Below, one piece after another: positions 16,987 to 26,475 of a stretch of DNA of 32,000 nucleotides. The DNA is taken from assembly GCA_963704705.1 (NCBI GenBank), contig OY969931.1:630001-662000 (forward strand). Reading direction: 5' to 3'. The translations under genes and the position numbers were made by a program. This DNA comes from an uncultured bacterium. Its GTDB lineage: Bacteria; Patescibacteriota; Gracilibacteria; UBA1369; PNNO01. Under the pieces are notes generated by a model that worked only from the letters and a program-made list of their open reading frames with translations, was not told the DNA's origin and searched no databases. Within the stretch, counting starts at the first letter, position 1; the number at the start of each line of letters is the position of its first letter.

Positions 16987-18756
16987 TTAATTTTTAGGCT
17001 TTCTGATATCTATGTGCATTTCAGCAACCTGTTCGATTGGCATTTCAGACGGTGCATCGAGCATTAAGTCCCGGGCTCTTTGATCTTTTGGAAAAGCCAT
17101 AACTTCCCTGATATTAGGTTCTTTTTCTAAAATCATAACAACCCTGTCCATGCCAAGTGCTATGCCTCCATGAGGTGGGGCTCCGTATTCAAATGCTCTT
17201 AATAAATGTCCGAAACGTTTATCAGCATCTTCATCTGAAATATTTAATAATTTAAATATTTTGGCCTGAAGATCCGGTTCGTGAATTCTTATACTTCCTC
17301 CTCCAAGTTCAACCCCGTTAAGAACAAGATCGTAGGCGTATGCTCGTACTTCTTCTGGATTCGAATCCAATTTATCCAAATCTTCTTCCAATGGATGCGT
17401 AAATGGATGATGCTCGGCAGATAATTGATTTTCTTCCTGATTCCAGTGAAACATAGGGAAATTTGTAACCCAAAGATAACAAAGAGCATTTTCATCAATT
17501 AAACCTAGTTTGTTGCCACAAGCCAATCTAACCTGGCCGAGTGATTCGCAGGCAACCTGAAATTTGTCAGCGGCAAAGAAAACAATGTCTCCTTCTTTTG
17601 CTTTTGTGTGTTCTTTAATTTTGCTAAGTTCATCTTCTTTAAAGAATTTTGTGATTCCTCCGTCAGGTCCGTCTTTGGTGAATTTGATGTAAGCCAATCC
17701 TTTTGCTCCATATGTTTTTGCGGTCTCTTCAAGTTCGTCAATTTCTTTTCTTGTGAATTCCGCTCCTTTTTCAACTTTTAAAGCTTTTACGAATCCACCT
17801 TGTTGAATAGTATCTGAAAACACTTTGAATTCGCATGTTGAGGCTACTTCACTAATATCAGCAAATTTCATTTCAAATCTTAAATCGGGCTTATCACTGC
17901 CATAATTATTCATTGCATCATGCCAGCTTATTCTTTCAAAAGGTTCATATTGAAGTTTTCTTTCAGGGTACAATTCTTTTGAGAGACCGATCATTAAATC
18001 CTCCGTAACTTTCATAACATCATCCTCATGAACAAAAGACATTTCAAGGTCTAATTGAGTAAATTCAGGTTGTCTGTCACCACGTTGATCTTCATCTCTG
18101 AAACATCTGGCCATTTGATAATATCTATCAAACGAAGATATCATCAAAAGCTGTTTAAGTTGCTGAGGAGATTGAGGGAGTACATAAAAATGACCAGGAA
18201 ATAAACGAGAAGGAACAATATATTCCCGGCTTCCTTCAGGCGTTCCTTTGATCATCATCGGTGTTTCGATATCCAAAAACTTTAAGTCATCCAAATATCT
18301 TCTGATATAAGAATAAATTTTATGGCGGTTAACAATATTTTTGTGAAGACGTTCACGTCTTAGGTCGATATATCTGTATTTAAGCCTTATTTCTTCACTT
18401 ACTTCTTTATCCTGATCAACTTCAAACGGGGGAGTTTTAGCTTCATTTAATATAGCTGCTTTTTCAACTAAAATTTCGATTTCTCCTGTATCCAGATTTT
18501 TATTTGTCTGACCTTCCGGTCTTTTACGTACTGTTCCTTCAATTTCAAGAACATATTCGGATCTGCATCTGTCACCTATAGTAAAAGTATCTTCTTGTTC
18601 AGGGTCAAAAACTATTTGAGTAAGGCCATATCCATCTCTAAGATCAATAAAAATTAATCCGCCGTGATCTCTTCTTCTATGAACCCAACCAGCTAATTTA
18701 ACTTTTTCACCTTCATTTTTGGTCGAAAGTTCGTTGCAGGTATGTGTACGATACAT
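16987..18756 (-). CDS. aspS: Aspartyl-tRNA synthetase
   Basis: 589 aa; GWVHRRRDHGGLIFIDLRD, YQMARCFRDEDQRGDRQPEFTQLDLEMSF, GGIALGMDRVVMIL. Confidence 0.98.
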   Translation of the reverse strand: MYRTHTCNELSTKNEGEKVKLAGWVHRRRDHGGLIFIDLRDGYGLTQIVFDPEQEDTFTIGDRCRSEYVLEIEGTVRKRPEGQTNKNLDTGEIEILVEKAAILNEAKTPPFEVDQDKEVSEEIRLKYRYIDLRRERLHKNIVNRHKIYSYIRRYLDDLKFLDIETPMMIKGTPEGSREYIVPSRLFPGHFYVLPQSPQQLKQLLMISSFDRYYQMARCFRDEDQRGDRQPEFTQLDLEMSFVHEDDVMKVTEDLMIGLSKELYPERKLQYEPFERISWHDAMNNYGSDKPDLRFEMKFADISEVASTCEFKVFSDTIQQGGFVKALKVEKGAEFTRKEIDELEETAKTYGAKGLAYIKFTKDGPDGGITKFFKEDELSKIKEHTKAKEGDIVFFAADKFQVACESLGQVRLACGNKLGLIDENALCYLWVTNFPMFHWNQEENQLSAEHHPFTHPLEEDLDKLDSNPEEVRAYAYDLVLNGVELGGGSIRIHEPDLQAKIFKLLNISDEDADKRFGHLLRAFEYGAPPHGGIALGMDRVVMILEKEPNIREVMAFPKDQRARDLMLDAPSEMPIEQVAEMHIDIRKPKN

Positions 18757-18827
18757 ATTATTTTAATTACTGATTACTTTTTACTATTATCATAATTCAC
18801 CACTATTTAACAGTTAAAAATCATCAC

Positions 18828-18855
18828 TTGACATTTGTAATAAATTTGTTATAAT
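18828..18855 (+). promoter_or_regulatory. Sigma-70-type promoter, TTGACA-16-TATAAT
   Basis: TTGACA at 18828-18833 and TATAAT at 18850-18855, upstream of the 67-aa ORF. Confidence 0.65.
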
Positions 18856-18898
18856 AAAATTCAAATTTAATTTTTCTACTTTTTTAAAAAACAATATT

Positions 18899-19102
18899 AT
18901 GGGTTATATGATTATCGATATTTCCGGTGGTGAAGTAGTTGAGAAATCTGATAGTCCAGCAGATAAACCAAATACACTTGATGAAAATGAAATTACCGAA
19001 GAAACGGGTGTACAAATAATACCTTTAGTACCGGACGGGCATCTTATTCAACAAGAAATACAAAGAAGAGCTGTGATTATCAGACAAATAAACAATAATT
19101 AA
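18899..19102 (+). CDS. Small hypothetical protein (67 aa or slightly shorter)
   Basis: Downstream of a consensus promoter; stop overlaps the dnaE stop in a shared TTAA. Confidence 0.5.
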   Translation: MGYMIIDISGGEVVEKSDSPADKPNTLDENEITEETGVQIIPLVPDGHLIQQEIQRRAVIIRQINNN

Positions 19103-22100
19103 CCGGGTATAAGTTCTTTCAATTTATTTTCTAAAGTGTCATTTGTGTTAATTCCAAATGGCACTTTTATTTTTTTAATTGAACCATTGTCGCGAATATG
19201 AATCTCGCATGGAGTTTCGCCTTTATTATCAAGTAATAGTTGTTTGATTTTGTTCAGAATTTGAGCATCTGCATAAGCCGGTATATTCACGATGAAGGCT
19301 TCGATTTTTGGTTTGGGTGGTTCAGGTTCATTATCATTAATTTCTTCAGCAGGCTCATCAAAATTAGGTGTCAAAAGCACAACTTTTTCTTTTGGATCAT
19401 ACATATTATCTTCTTTTGCTTTTTTAATCATATTTTCTAATGAAACACCCTTGGCATCATCACAAACAAACTGCAGCTGACCTCTTCGGTCATCCAATTT
19501 ACCTCCCATTACTACTACTTCATCTTCGTTAAATAAATGGCCGTATTTTTGGTATGCTTTAGGGAAAACAATAACATCCAGTTTTCCGGTAGGATCTTCA
19601 ATTACAAAAGAAGCCATATAAGCACCGTTTTTTGTAAAGATTTTTCTGTATTGAGTGATTAAACCACAAATAACAATTTTCTTACCGAAATCCTTTTTCT
19701 TTAAATTGTTTATAAGATGGGCTTTTTTGCTTATGTATTTTTTTAAACCCTGAAGCGGATGACTCGAAACATAAAGTCCCAAATAAGTTTTTTCCCATTT
19801 AAGTTTCTCCATATTTGTTGCCGGCTCTGTTTTTTTAAGTTCCAGTTTTGCTGTAATTGATTCTTCGTCAGTATCAAGCATTCCAAAAATATCAGTCTGG
19901 CCGTCTACGCGTGTTTTCTGGCTATACTTAGCGAAATTAGTGATTTCTTCAACACTTTCGGCAAGCTGTTTTCTTTCACCGAATTCATCCATTGCGCCGC
20001 TATATGCAAGTGCTTCAATGGTTTTTTTATTTATAACTTTTTGAGGTACCCTTGCAATAAAATCTTCGAGATTTTTGTATGGCTGATCACCACGGGCATT
20101 AATGATTTCATCAGCCGGAGCATCACCAATTCCTTTGATTGCAGCAAGTCCGAATCTTATTATTTTTGAATCAACATAAGTGAAGTTTTTATAAGATTCA
20201 TTTACTGAAGGCGGTAAAACCTGAATCCCCATTGAGTCACATTCAAGAATCTCCAAAACGATCTTATCTGTATTCCCATAATCACAGCACATAAGCGCAG
20301 TCATAAATTCGGTAGGGAAGTGGGCTTTCATATAAGCTGTAAGATACGAAATCATTCCATACGATGTAGCGTGAGCTTTATTAAAGCCATACCCCGCAAA
20401 AGGCAAAATAACTTTTTCAAATACTTCGTCTGCAAATTTTCTGTCATGGCCCTGTGCTTCGCTGCTTTCAACAAACTTTTTATGTTGTTCAGCAAGAAGT
20501 TCCGGGATTTTTTTACCTACTGCTTTTCTTAAAATATCCGCTTCTCCAAGGCTGAATCCTGCAAAATCACGGGCAATCTGTAAAATCTGTTCCTGATAAA
20601 TCGCTACACCATATGTTTCCTGCAGAATTGGTTCAAATATAGGGTGCAAATATTTAACTTTTTTTGGATTATGAGCACCTTTTATATAACTAGGAATCCA
20701 TTCCATAGGACCAGGTCTGTATAGCGAAATCATTGCAATAATATCCTCAAATTTATCTGGTTTAAGCTGTTTTAAATATCTTTTCATGCCGGGTGATTCA
20801 AGCTGGAATACACCTGAAGTTTCACCTTTTTGAAATAGCTCAAATGTTTTTTTGTCATTTAAAGGAATTGTATCTAATGATAGTTCTATGTTTTTTGTTC
20901 TTTGAACAATTTTTATAACTTTCTCTAATAAAGTAAGATTTTTTAAACCTAAGAAGTCCATTTTAAGAAGCCCGATATCTTCAATGGGCTTCATTGAATA
21001 TTGCGTAATAACAGCGTTTTCATCAGCAGGAGAGCGTTGCAGGGCAGTATAGTTAACCAAAGGTTTATCTGAGATCACAACCGCGCATGCATGTGTTCCT
21101 GCGTGCCTTACTGTACCATCTAGTTTCGCAGCTATATCAAGAAGTTTTTTTGCGCTTTCATCACTTTCGTAAACAGCACTTAAATCAGGATCATGATGAA
21201 TTGATTCTATTAAAGGTGCGTGTTTGCCAAGAATTGTTGGCGGCACAAGTTTTGCCAATCGATCAACTTCCGCATAAGGATAACCCATTCCACGCCCCAC
21301 ATCACGGACAACTGCTTTTGCGGTCATTGTTCCGAAGGTAATAATTTGAGCAACATTTTCTCGTCCATATTTTTTTACAACATAATCCAAAACTTCATCT
21401 CTACGGGAATCAGCAAAATCTATATCAATATCAGGCATCGAAACACGTGCCGGATTCAAAAATCTCTCAAATAAGAGACCATATTTCAAAGGATCGATTG
21501 TGGTAATATCCAAAGAATAAGCAATGATTGAACCAGCTGCTGAACCGCGACCGGGACCAACTAAAATATCATTATCTTTTGCGAATTTAACAAAGTCATG
21601 AACTATCAAAAAGTAAGTATTAAAGCCCATTTCATCAACAACCTTTAGCTCGTATTCCAGCCTTTCAAAAGCTTTTTCCTGCATGTCTTCGCTATATTTT
21701 TCTTTTATTCCCTGTTCGCATAACTTCTTTAAGTAATCTTTAGGATTTTCATTTTGCGGTGTTGGAAAAGCAGGAAGTAAGTGTTTTCCGAATTCCAATT
21801 CCAAATTACATTGTTCCGCTATTTTTATTGTGTTTTCGATTGCTTCAGGAGTATTTTTAAAGGTTTCTTTCATTTCATCCGGAGATCTCAGAGAATAATC
21901 ACCAATATATTTCATTCTGTCGCCATCCTGCACACTTTTACCTGTTTGAATGCACAAAAGTACATCATGTACTTCAGCGTCTTCTTTATTAACATAATGA
22001 GCGTCATTGGTAGCAATTAATGGAGCATTTGCGATTTTGGCGAGTTCGATCATTTTTTTATTAACAATCATCTGCTGTTCAAGCTCAGGATGATATTGCA

Positions 22101-22620
22101 TTTCAAGAAAGAAATTTTCTTTGCCAAAAATATCCTGATACTTTTTGATTGCTTCTATTGCTTTATCTTCACTGTTTTCAAGAATTATTCTTGGGATTTC
22201 ACCTGCCAGACAGGCAGTTGATGCGATTAAACCTTCAGAATGCGCTTTCAACAGTCCAAAATCCATGCGAGGCTTATAGTAAAATCCTTCTAATTGAGCT
22301 TTAGAACAAAGTTCCAATAGATTGTGATAACCTTCTTTATTTTTAGCCAATAAAACTAAATGGAATGGTTTATTGTCAGGACCTGGTTTCTTTTCGAATC
22401 TGGATTCCGGAGCAATATAGGCTTCGACACCCAAAATTGGCTTTATATCGGCGCTTTTACAAGCTTTATAAAACTCGATTGCACCATACATTACGCCGTG
22501 ATCAGTTAAAGCTATAGCAGGGGAGCCTTGTTCTTTGGCTTTATTTGCTATATCTTTTGGCTTTCCCAAGCCATCTAAAAGACTGTAGTGACTATGTACA
22601 TGCAAGTGCACAAAAGACAT
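19099..22620 (-). CDS. dnaE: DNA polymerase III alpha subunit
   Basis: 1173 aa; PHP start FVHLHVHSHYSLLDG; VGPGRGSAAGSIIAY; SMPDIDIDFADSRRDEV; GTFGTMTAK-like ITFGTMTAKAVVRDVGR; FNKAHATSYG; OB-fold. Confidence 0.98.
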   Translation of the reverse strand: MSFVHLHVHSHYSLLDGLGKPKDIANKAKEQGSPAIALTDHGVMYGAIEFYKACKSADIKPILGVEAYIAPESRFEKKPGPDNKPFHLVLLAKNKEGYHNLLELCSKAQLEGFYYKPRMDFGLLKAHSEGLIASTACLAGEIPRIILENSEDKAIEAIKKYQDIFGKENFFLEMQYHPELEQQMIVNKKMIELAKIANAPLIATNDAHYVNKEDAEVHDVLLCIQTGKSVQDGDRMKYIGDYSLRSPDEMKETFKNTPEAIENTIKIAEQCNLELEFGKHLLPAFPTPQNENPKDYLKKLCEQGIKEKYSEDMQEKAFERLEYELKVVDEMGFNTYFLIVHDFVKFAKDNDILVGPGRGSAAGSIIAYSLDITTIDPLKYGLLFERFLNPARVSMPDIDIDFADSRRDEVLDYVVKKYGRENVAQIITFGTMTAKAVVRDVGRGMGYPYAEVDRLAKLVPPTILGKHAPLIESIHHDPDLSAVYESDESAKKLLDIAAKLDGTVRHAGTHACAVVISDKPLVNYTALQRSPADENAVITQYSMKPIEDIGLLKMDFLGLKNLTLLEKVIKIVQRTKNIELSLDTIPLNDKKTFELFQKGETSGVFQLESPGMKRYLKQLKPDKFEDIIAMISLYRPGPMEWIPSYIKGAHNPKKVKYLHPIFEPILQETYGVAIYQEQILQIARDFAGFSLGEADILRKAVGKKIPELLAEQHKKFVESSEAQGHDRKFADEVFEKVILPFAGYGFNKAHATSYGMISYLTAYMKAHFPTEFMTALMCCDYGNTDKIVLEILECDSMGIQVLPPSVNESYKNFTYVDSKIIRFGLAAIKGIGDAPADEIINARGDQPYKNLEDFIARVPQKVINKKTIEALAYSGAMDEFGERKQLAESVEEITNFAKYSQKTRVDGQTDIFGMLDTDEESITAKLELKKTEPATNMEKLKWEKTYLGLYVSSHPLQGLKKYISKKAHLINNLKKKDFGKKIVICGLITQYRKIFTKNGAYMASFVIEDPTGKLDVIVFPKAYQKYGHLFNEDEVVVMGGKLDDRRGQLQFVCDDAKGVSLENMIKKAKEDNMYDPKEKVVLLTPNFDEPAEEINDNEPEPPKPKIEAFIVNIPAYADAQILNKIKQLLLDNKGETPCEIHIRDNGSIKKIKVPFGINTNDTLENKLKELIPG

Positions 22621-22649
22621 AATTTTTCTAAAGGTTAGGCCTTGATACT

Positions 22650-22745
22650 TTACAGTGAAGGTATGCTTTTTACAATGTTTAGTTACTAAGTAAGGGGGGC
22701 CTTACTTAGTATGTAGGTACTTGCTAAGCAAGGGTTTACAAAAAG
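22650..22745. repeat. Cluster of short palindromes between dnaE and the DUF4215-type gene
   Basis: ACTAAGTAAGG-GGGG-CCTTACTTAGT (22685-22710), followed by CTTGC-TAA-GCAAG and preceded by an imperfect ATACTT...AAGGTAT. Confidence 0.6.
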
Positions 22746-22813
22746 GTTAAAAAAATGTATAATAGAGTATAGGAATATTAATATATTTCCAAAAATAAAT
22801 AACAAAAATAAAC

Positions 22814-24931
22814 ATGGAAGAAATGCAAACTCCTCAGGAGAATGCGCCAAATCAAACGCCAGCTGCAAATCCTGCGCCGGCTCCAATGGCAGCTCCTGAA
22901 AAAACACCTGCTCCTAAAAAGAAAGGTGGATTATTAAAAATTCTTCTTGTAGTACTTATTCTGGCTATTGCCGGCGGTGCTGCTACCTGGTATTTCTTGG
23001 GAATGCCCGGTTTAGAGGAACAACCTCCTTCTCTTGAACTTGGAGGAAGCAAATTCCAAGGTCAATCAATTGGTGAAAAAGTTGGTTCTTTAAAGTTCGA
23101 CCAGAAAGATGTCGATGATTATTCGGCTCCTGCTGGTGCTAGCCTTAAACTTTCAAAAACTGGTGTAAATTATTTTTATTCTGAACAAGAGCTAACTATT
23201 AGCGATGTTATTGATAATATTAAGCCTCAAGAAGGACTTGAAATATTAGTAGCATTCTATAGCCCTGAGGAAACAGAATTAGGTACTAAGAAATGTTATT
23301 ATATTTATCCAAAAGGCCCATATGGCAATACATGTGAAATTACAAATCCAGATACATTTAAAATACCAGCAGGAAGAGCAATGGCAATTATCGCAGGAAC
23401 CGATGTGACTAAATACGAAATTGATTCATTCGAATATAATGAAACTGTATTAAAAGGAGCTAATAAATTAGCTAGTAAGAATTACATTGATGATTACGTA
23501 GGTAAAGTTGAGGGATGGCTTATGGTTCCTGTTAGAGGTGCTGGTGACATTAATGTGGCCGCAGAAGGCTCTGTTTGGAAAATGACCGGTGATAATAAGT
23601 TTGATAAAGTTTCTGATAAAGCTAATCCGGGATTATCTGGCAATTTTTCATTAGCTTGGTTTAAATTGGGTGCTCCAGCTACTGCAGAACCTGATACTGA
23701 AACTACAACAACAACTACTACTACAACTACAACTGAAACAACCAGTACAACTCCAGCACCGGTTTGTGGCAATGGTGATATTGAAGAAGGCGAAACTTGT
23801 GATGATGGAAATACAGTAAATGGCGATGGTTGTGATTCTTCTTGTAAAATAGAAGAAGTGGCTTCTACTACACCAGTTTGTGGGAACGGTATAGTTGAAG
23901 AAGGTGAAACTTGTGATGATGGAAATACAGTAAATGGCGATGGTTGTGACTCTTCTTGTAAAATAGAAGAAGTGGCTTCTACTACACCAGTTTGTGGGAA
24001 CGGTATAGTTGAAGAAGGTGAAAAATGTGATGATGGTGACGATATCAATACAAATGCATGCAGTAATGATTGCCAGATCATAAAAAGTATGGTGGATATG
24101 ACTGATAGATTTCCTGTTAAACAAACGTCTATTGTTACTAAAGATATTATATCTACAGATAAAAGGACTACCACAGATTCAACTACCACTAAGTCAACTA
24201 GTACTGGGTCAACTACTCCTACTACTTCTAATGTAAAAATTGAAAGTATTGAATACATAGATAATATTAAAAACCAATTTCCAAATGCTACTTTAAATGC
24301 TCCATTTAATGAAACTTTATTTTCTCCTAATGCTGCCGCAGATCCTTTGAATCCACCTGTTCAATTGCGCAGAGATGATGGTATCGGTGATAAAGCCATT
24401 ACTGCCGTTAAAGTAAAAGTTGCAAGTACTAGTGGAGGTCCGGCATATTTAAATCATTTGAATTTTGGTACAGATGGTTATAAACGAACTTCAGCTACAA
24501 CAGAAGAGTATGCAAATTCTGCAATTGACGGATTTTGTACTGGTTCAGGTGCTTGGGAAATATGGAAATTAGCTCCTAATGCCACTGGTTACAGTTCTCA
24601 GCTTGTTCTTCGTGATGATGATAAAGATTATCAATTTGAAGGTGATAATGGAGAATTCTATGATAAAGCTAAGGTAAAAATTAATCCTGGAGAATGGGCA
24701 ATATTTGTTTTGGTGGAAAAAAATATTGAGAATTGTGCACCAAACGATATAAGTAAAGCAACTCAACTTTCTGATGTTTTAACTTCAAGATCAACAACAA
24801 AATACAGTTTAATGAAATTTGTTGATGATAATAATTTACCTGTATTAAATAATAGCGGAGTTGTAACTGAACGATTTATGCACACAGATATTGATTTCCA
24901 TGAATATGGAAGATGGACATATTGGTATTAA
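22814..24931 (+). CDS. Membrane-anchored surface protein with Thr-rich linker and DUF4215-type Cys-rich repeats
   Basis: 705 aa; Pro/Ala-rich N terminus, KKKGGLLKILLVVLILAIAGGAATWYFLG TM; three VCGNG.(I/V)EEGE.CDDG...DxCxxxC(K/Q)I repeats; Thr-rich stretch. Confidence 0.85.
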   Translation: MEEMQTPQENAPNQTPAANPAPAPMAAPEKTPAPKKKGGLLKILLVVLILAIAGGAATWYFLGMPGLEEQPPSLELGGSKFQGQSIGEKVGSLKFDQKDVDDYSAPAGASLKLSKTGVNYFYSEQELTISDVIDNIKPQEGLEILVAFYSPEETELGTKKCYYIYPKGPYGNTCEITNPDTFKIPAGRAMAIIAGTDVTKYEIDSFEYNETVLKGANKLASKNYIDDYVGKVEGWLMVPVRGAGDINVAAEGSVWKMTGDNKFDKVSDKANPGLSGNFSLAWFKLGAPATAEPDTETTTTTTTTTTTETTSTTPAPVCGNGDIEEGETCDDGNTVNGDGCDSSCKIEEVASTTPVCGNGIVEEGETCDDGNTVNGDGCDSSCKIEEVASTTPVCGNGIVEEGEKCDDGDDINTNACSNDCQIIKSMVDMTDRFPVKQTSIVTKDIISTDKRTTTDSTTTKSTSTGSTTPTTSNVKIESIEYIDNIKNQFPNATLNAPFNETLFSPNAAADPLNPPVQLRRDDGIGDKAITAVKVKVASTSGGPAYLNHLNFGTDGYKRTSATTEEYANSAIDGFCTGSGAWEIWKLAPNATGYSSQLVLRDDDKDYQFEGDNGEFYDKAKVKINPGEWAIFVLVEKNIENCAPNDISKATQLSDVLTSRSTTKYSLMKFVDDNNLPVLNNSGVVTERFMHTDIDFHEYGRWTYWY
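23759..24090 (+). repeat. Tandem 114-bp (38-codon) coding repeats, about 3 copies
   Basis: Unit starts at 23759, 23873 and 23987. Copies 1 and 2 are nearly identical; the start of copy 3 matches copy 2, then diverges after the first Cys region. Confidence 0.85.
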
Positions 24932-24952
24932 TATTTAATCTATTTTGATTTT

Positions 24953-24989
24953 AAAAGGCCCTATTCATTTATTGGATGGGGTCTTTTTT
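24953..24989 (+). terminator. Intrinsic terminator
   Basis: AAAAGGCCC (24953-24961) pairs with GGGTCTTTT (24979-24987, one G-U), followed by T residues. Confidence 0.75.
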
Positions 24990-25008
24990 AAAATTTGGCT
25001 TCCGCTCC

Positions 25009-25056
25009 GTGCGCTTCGCGCACTCCAAAAGACCTTCGGGCTTCGCCCTGCGGTCT
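25009..25056. repeat. GC-rich mini-hairpin cluster (family member 2)
   Basis: GTGCGC-TTC-GCGCAC (25009-25023) and nested AGACC-TTC-GGGC-TTC-GCCC-TGC-GGTCT (25030-25056), abutting tRNA-Leu. Confidence 0.65.
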
Positions 25057-25057
25057 G

Positions 25058-25142
25058 TGGTGCCGGGAAGAGGACTCGAACCTCCACGGGTTGCCCCACT
25101 AGCTCCTAAGGCTAGCGTGTCTACCAATTCCACCATCCCGGC
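25058..25142 (-). tRNA. tRNA-Leu (anticodon TAG), CCA encoded
   Basis: Reverse complement GCCGGGATGGTGGAATTGGTAGACACGCTAGCCTTAGGAGCTAG...GGTTCGAGTCCTCTTCCCGGCACCA; anticodon stem CTAGC/GCTAG; long variable arm. Confidence 0.95.
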
Positions 25143-25239
25143 ATGTTGTTTTTAGAGCTTTGTAAATTTATCAAATACATATTTTTAAGTCAATAAATTT
25201 AATCCTGTTTTTGTATTAATTAAAAAACAAAAAAAAGAT

Positions 25240-25268
25240 TTGACAAACCTGTCGAAGTTGACTATTAT
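25240..25268 (+). promoter_or_regulatory. Sigma-70-type promoter TTGACA-17-TATTAT upstream of the sigma4-like gene
   Basis: TTGACA 25240-25245, TATTAT 25263-25268. A second TTGACA at 25322-25327 is followed by AT-rich ATAATAATAAT. Confidence 0.6.
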
Positions 25269-25380
25269 AGTTCTCCAAAATACTTTTTAAAACAATATTG
25301 CATCATAATCAATTTTCTTGCTTGACATACCAATGCAATAATAATAATCTACAAGCACCTTAGCTCCAACCAATATATTT

Positions 25381-26460
25381 ATGAATAACTCAAAGTCCCG
25401 AAATATCGCAATAAACAACCTGAATCTTACAGAGATTCTTGAGGACATGTTTCTGGTTCTAAGCCAGAAAGAAAAAGACGTTATCGTTAAACGTTTTAGT
25501 CTAAACAATCAGCCGAAAATGACTCTGGAAAGAATCGGCAAACAATTCTCAGTAACAAGAGAAAGAATTAGACAAATTGAAAAGATTGCTTTAGGAAAAC
25601 TTAAAAGAACAGTACAAAGCACAAAACTTAATGAAATAAGCATTCTTGCTGTTGAATTAATAAACAATAAAGGCGGAGTAAGTACTGAAACATCTTTAAT
25701 AAGTGAAATTTTAAATGTACTTGGAAGCTCGCAGGATATGGATGCGAATATTATCAGACTTTCTTTAAATATTACTCCTGATTTGGAAAAAACAGAGAAA
25801 AGTAACCTTTATTATCCATTCTGGAGAATAGCTGAATTACCTGAATCTTCAGTGAAAGCAATAGTTGAATCAGGCGTTTCAATAATGAATAAAACAAGTG
25901 AAGTTGTTCCTTTTGATACATTGGCTACCGATATACAAAAAGCTCTAAAGACAAAGGGATTGAATGCTGAAAAAACAACAATTCTTTCTTCTTTGGAAGT
26001 AGACCAGAGAATTAAAAAGCTTTCTGAAGGATTCGGTTTAATGAGCTGGAGACATATAAATCCAAGAAGTATCAGAGATAAAGCTTACATTGTATTAAAG
26101 CAAAAAAATCAGCCATTACACTTTATTGAAATAGCAAACAAGATTTCAGAATCAGGTTTTGATAGAAAAGTGGTTACTACTCAGGCTGTTCACAACGAAC
26201 TTATCAGATACGATCAATTCGTACTTGTAGGCCGAGGCCTTTATGCACTTAAAGAATGGGGATTCAAAAAAGGAACTGTTGCAGATGTTATCGAAGGATT
26301 ATTGGAGAAGAAGAGTCCTTTAAGCAAACAGGACATCATTAAAGGAGTAATGAAACAAAGACAGGTTAAAAAAGGAACAATCTCCCTTAATTTACAGAAA
26401 AATCCACATTTTGTAAGAGTTGGACGTGCAATGTACGCACTTGATAAAAGCAAAAAATAA
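25381..26460 (+). CDS. Sigma-70 region 4-like HTH protein with C-terminal HARE-HTH-like domains
   Basis: 359 aa; MTLERIGKQFSVTRERIRQIEKIALGKLKR (sigma4), then IRDKAYIVLKQKNQPLHFIEIANKI...FVLVGRGLYALKEWG and a second module ending FVRVGRAMYALDKSKK. Confidence 0.8.
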   Translation: MNNSKSRNIAINNLNLTEILEDMFLVLSQKEKDVIVKRFSLNNQPKMTLERIGKQFSVTRERIRQIEKIALGKLKRTVQSTKLNEISILAVELINNKGGVSTETSLISEILNVLGSSQDMDANIIRLSLNITPDLEKTEKSNLYYPFWRIAELPESSVKAIVESGVSIMNKTSEVVPFDTLATDIQKALKTKGLNAEKTTILSSLEVDQRIKKLSEGFGLMSWRHINPRSIRDKAYIVLKQKNQPLHFIEIANKISESGFDRKVVTTQAVHNELIRYDQFVLVGRGLYALKEWGFKKGTVADVIEGLLEKKSPLSKQDIIKGVMKQRQVKKGTISLNLQKNPHFVRVGRAMYALDKSKK

Positions 26461-26475
26461 TTCTATGATAAAGTC

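Noticed and set aside
23494-24258. Antisense ORFs (254 and 157 aa) opposite the DUF4215-type repeats, and other antisense ORFs across aspS, dnaE, lepB and M23/SLH genes
   Set aside because: They mirror repetitive or conserved coding DNA on the opposite strand, have no recognisable domains and no independent start signals.
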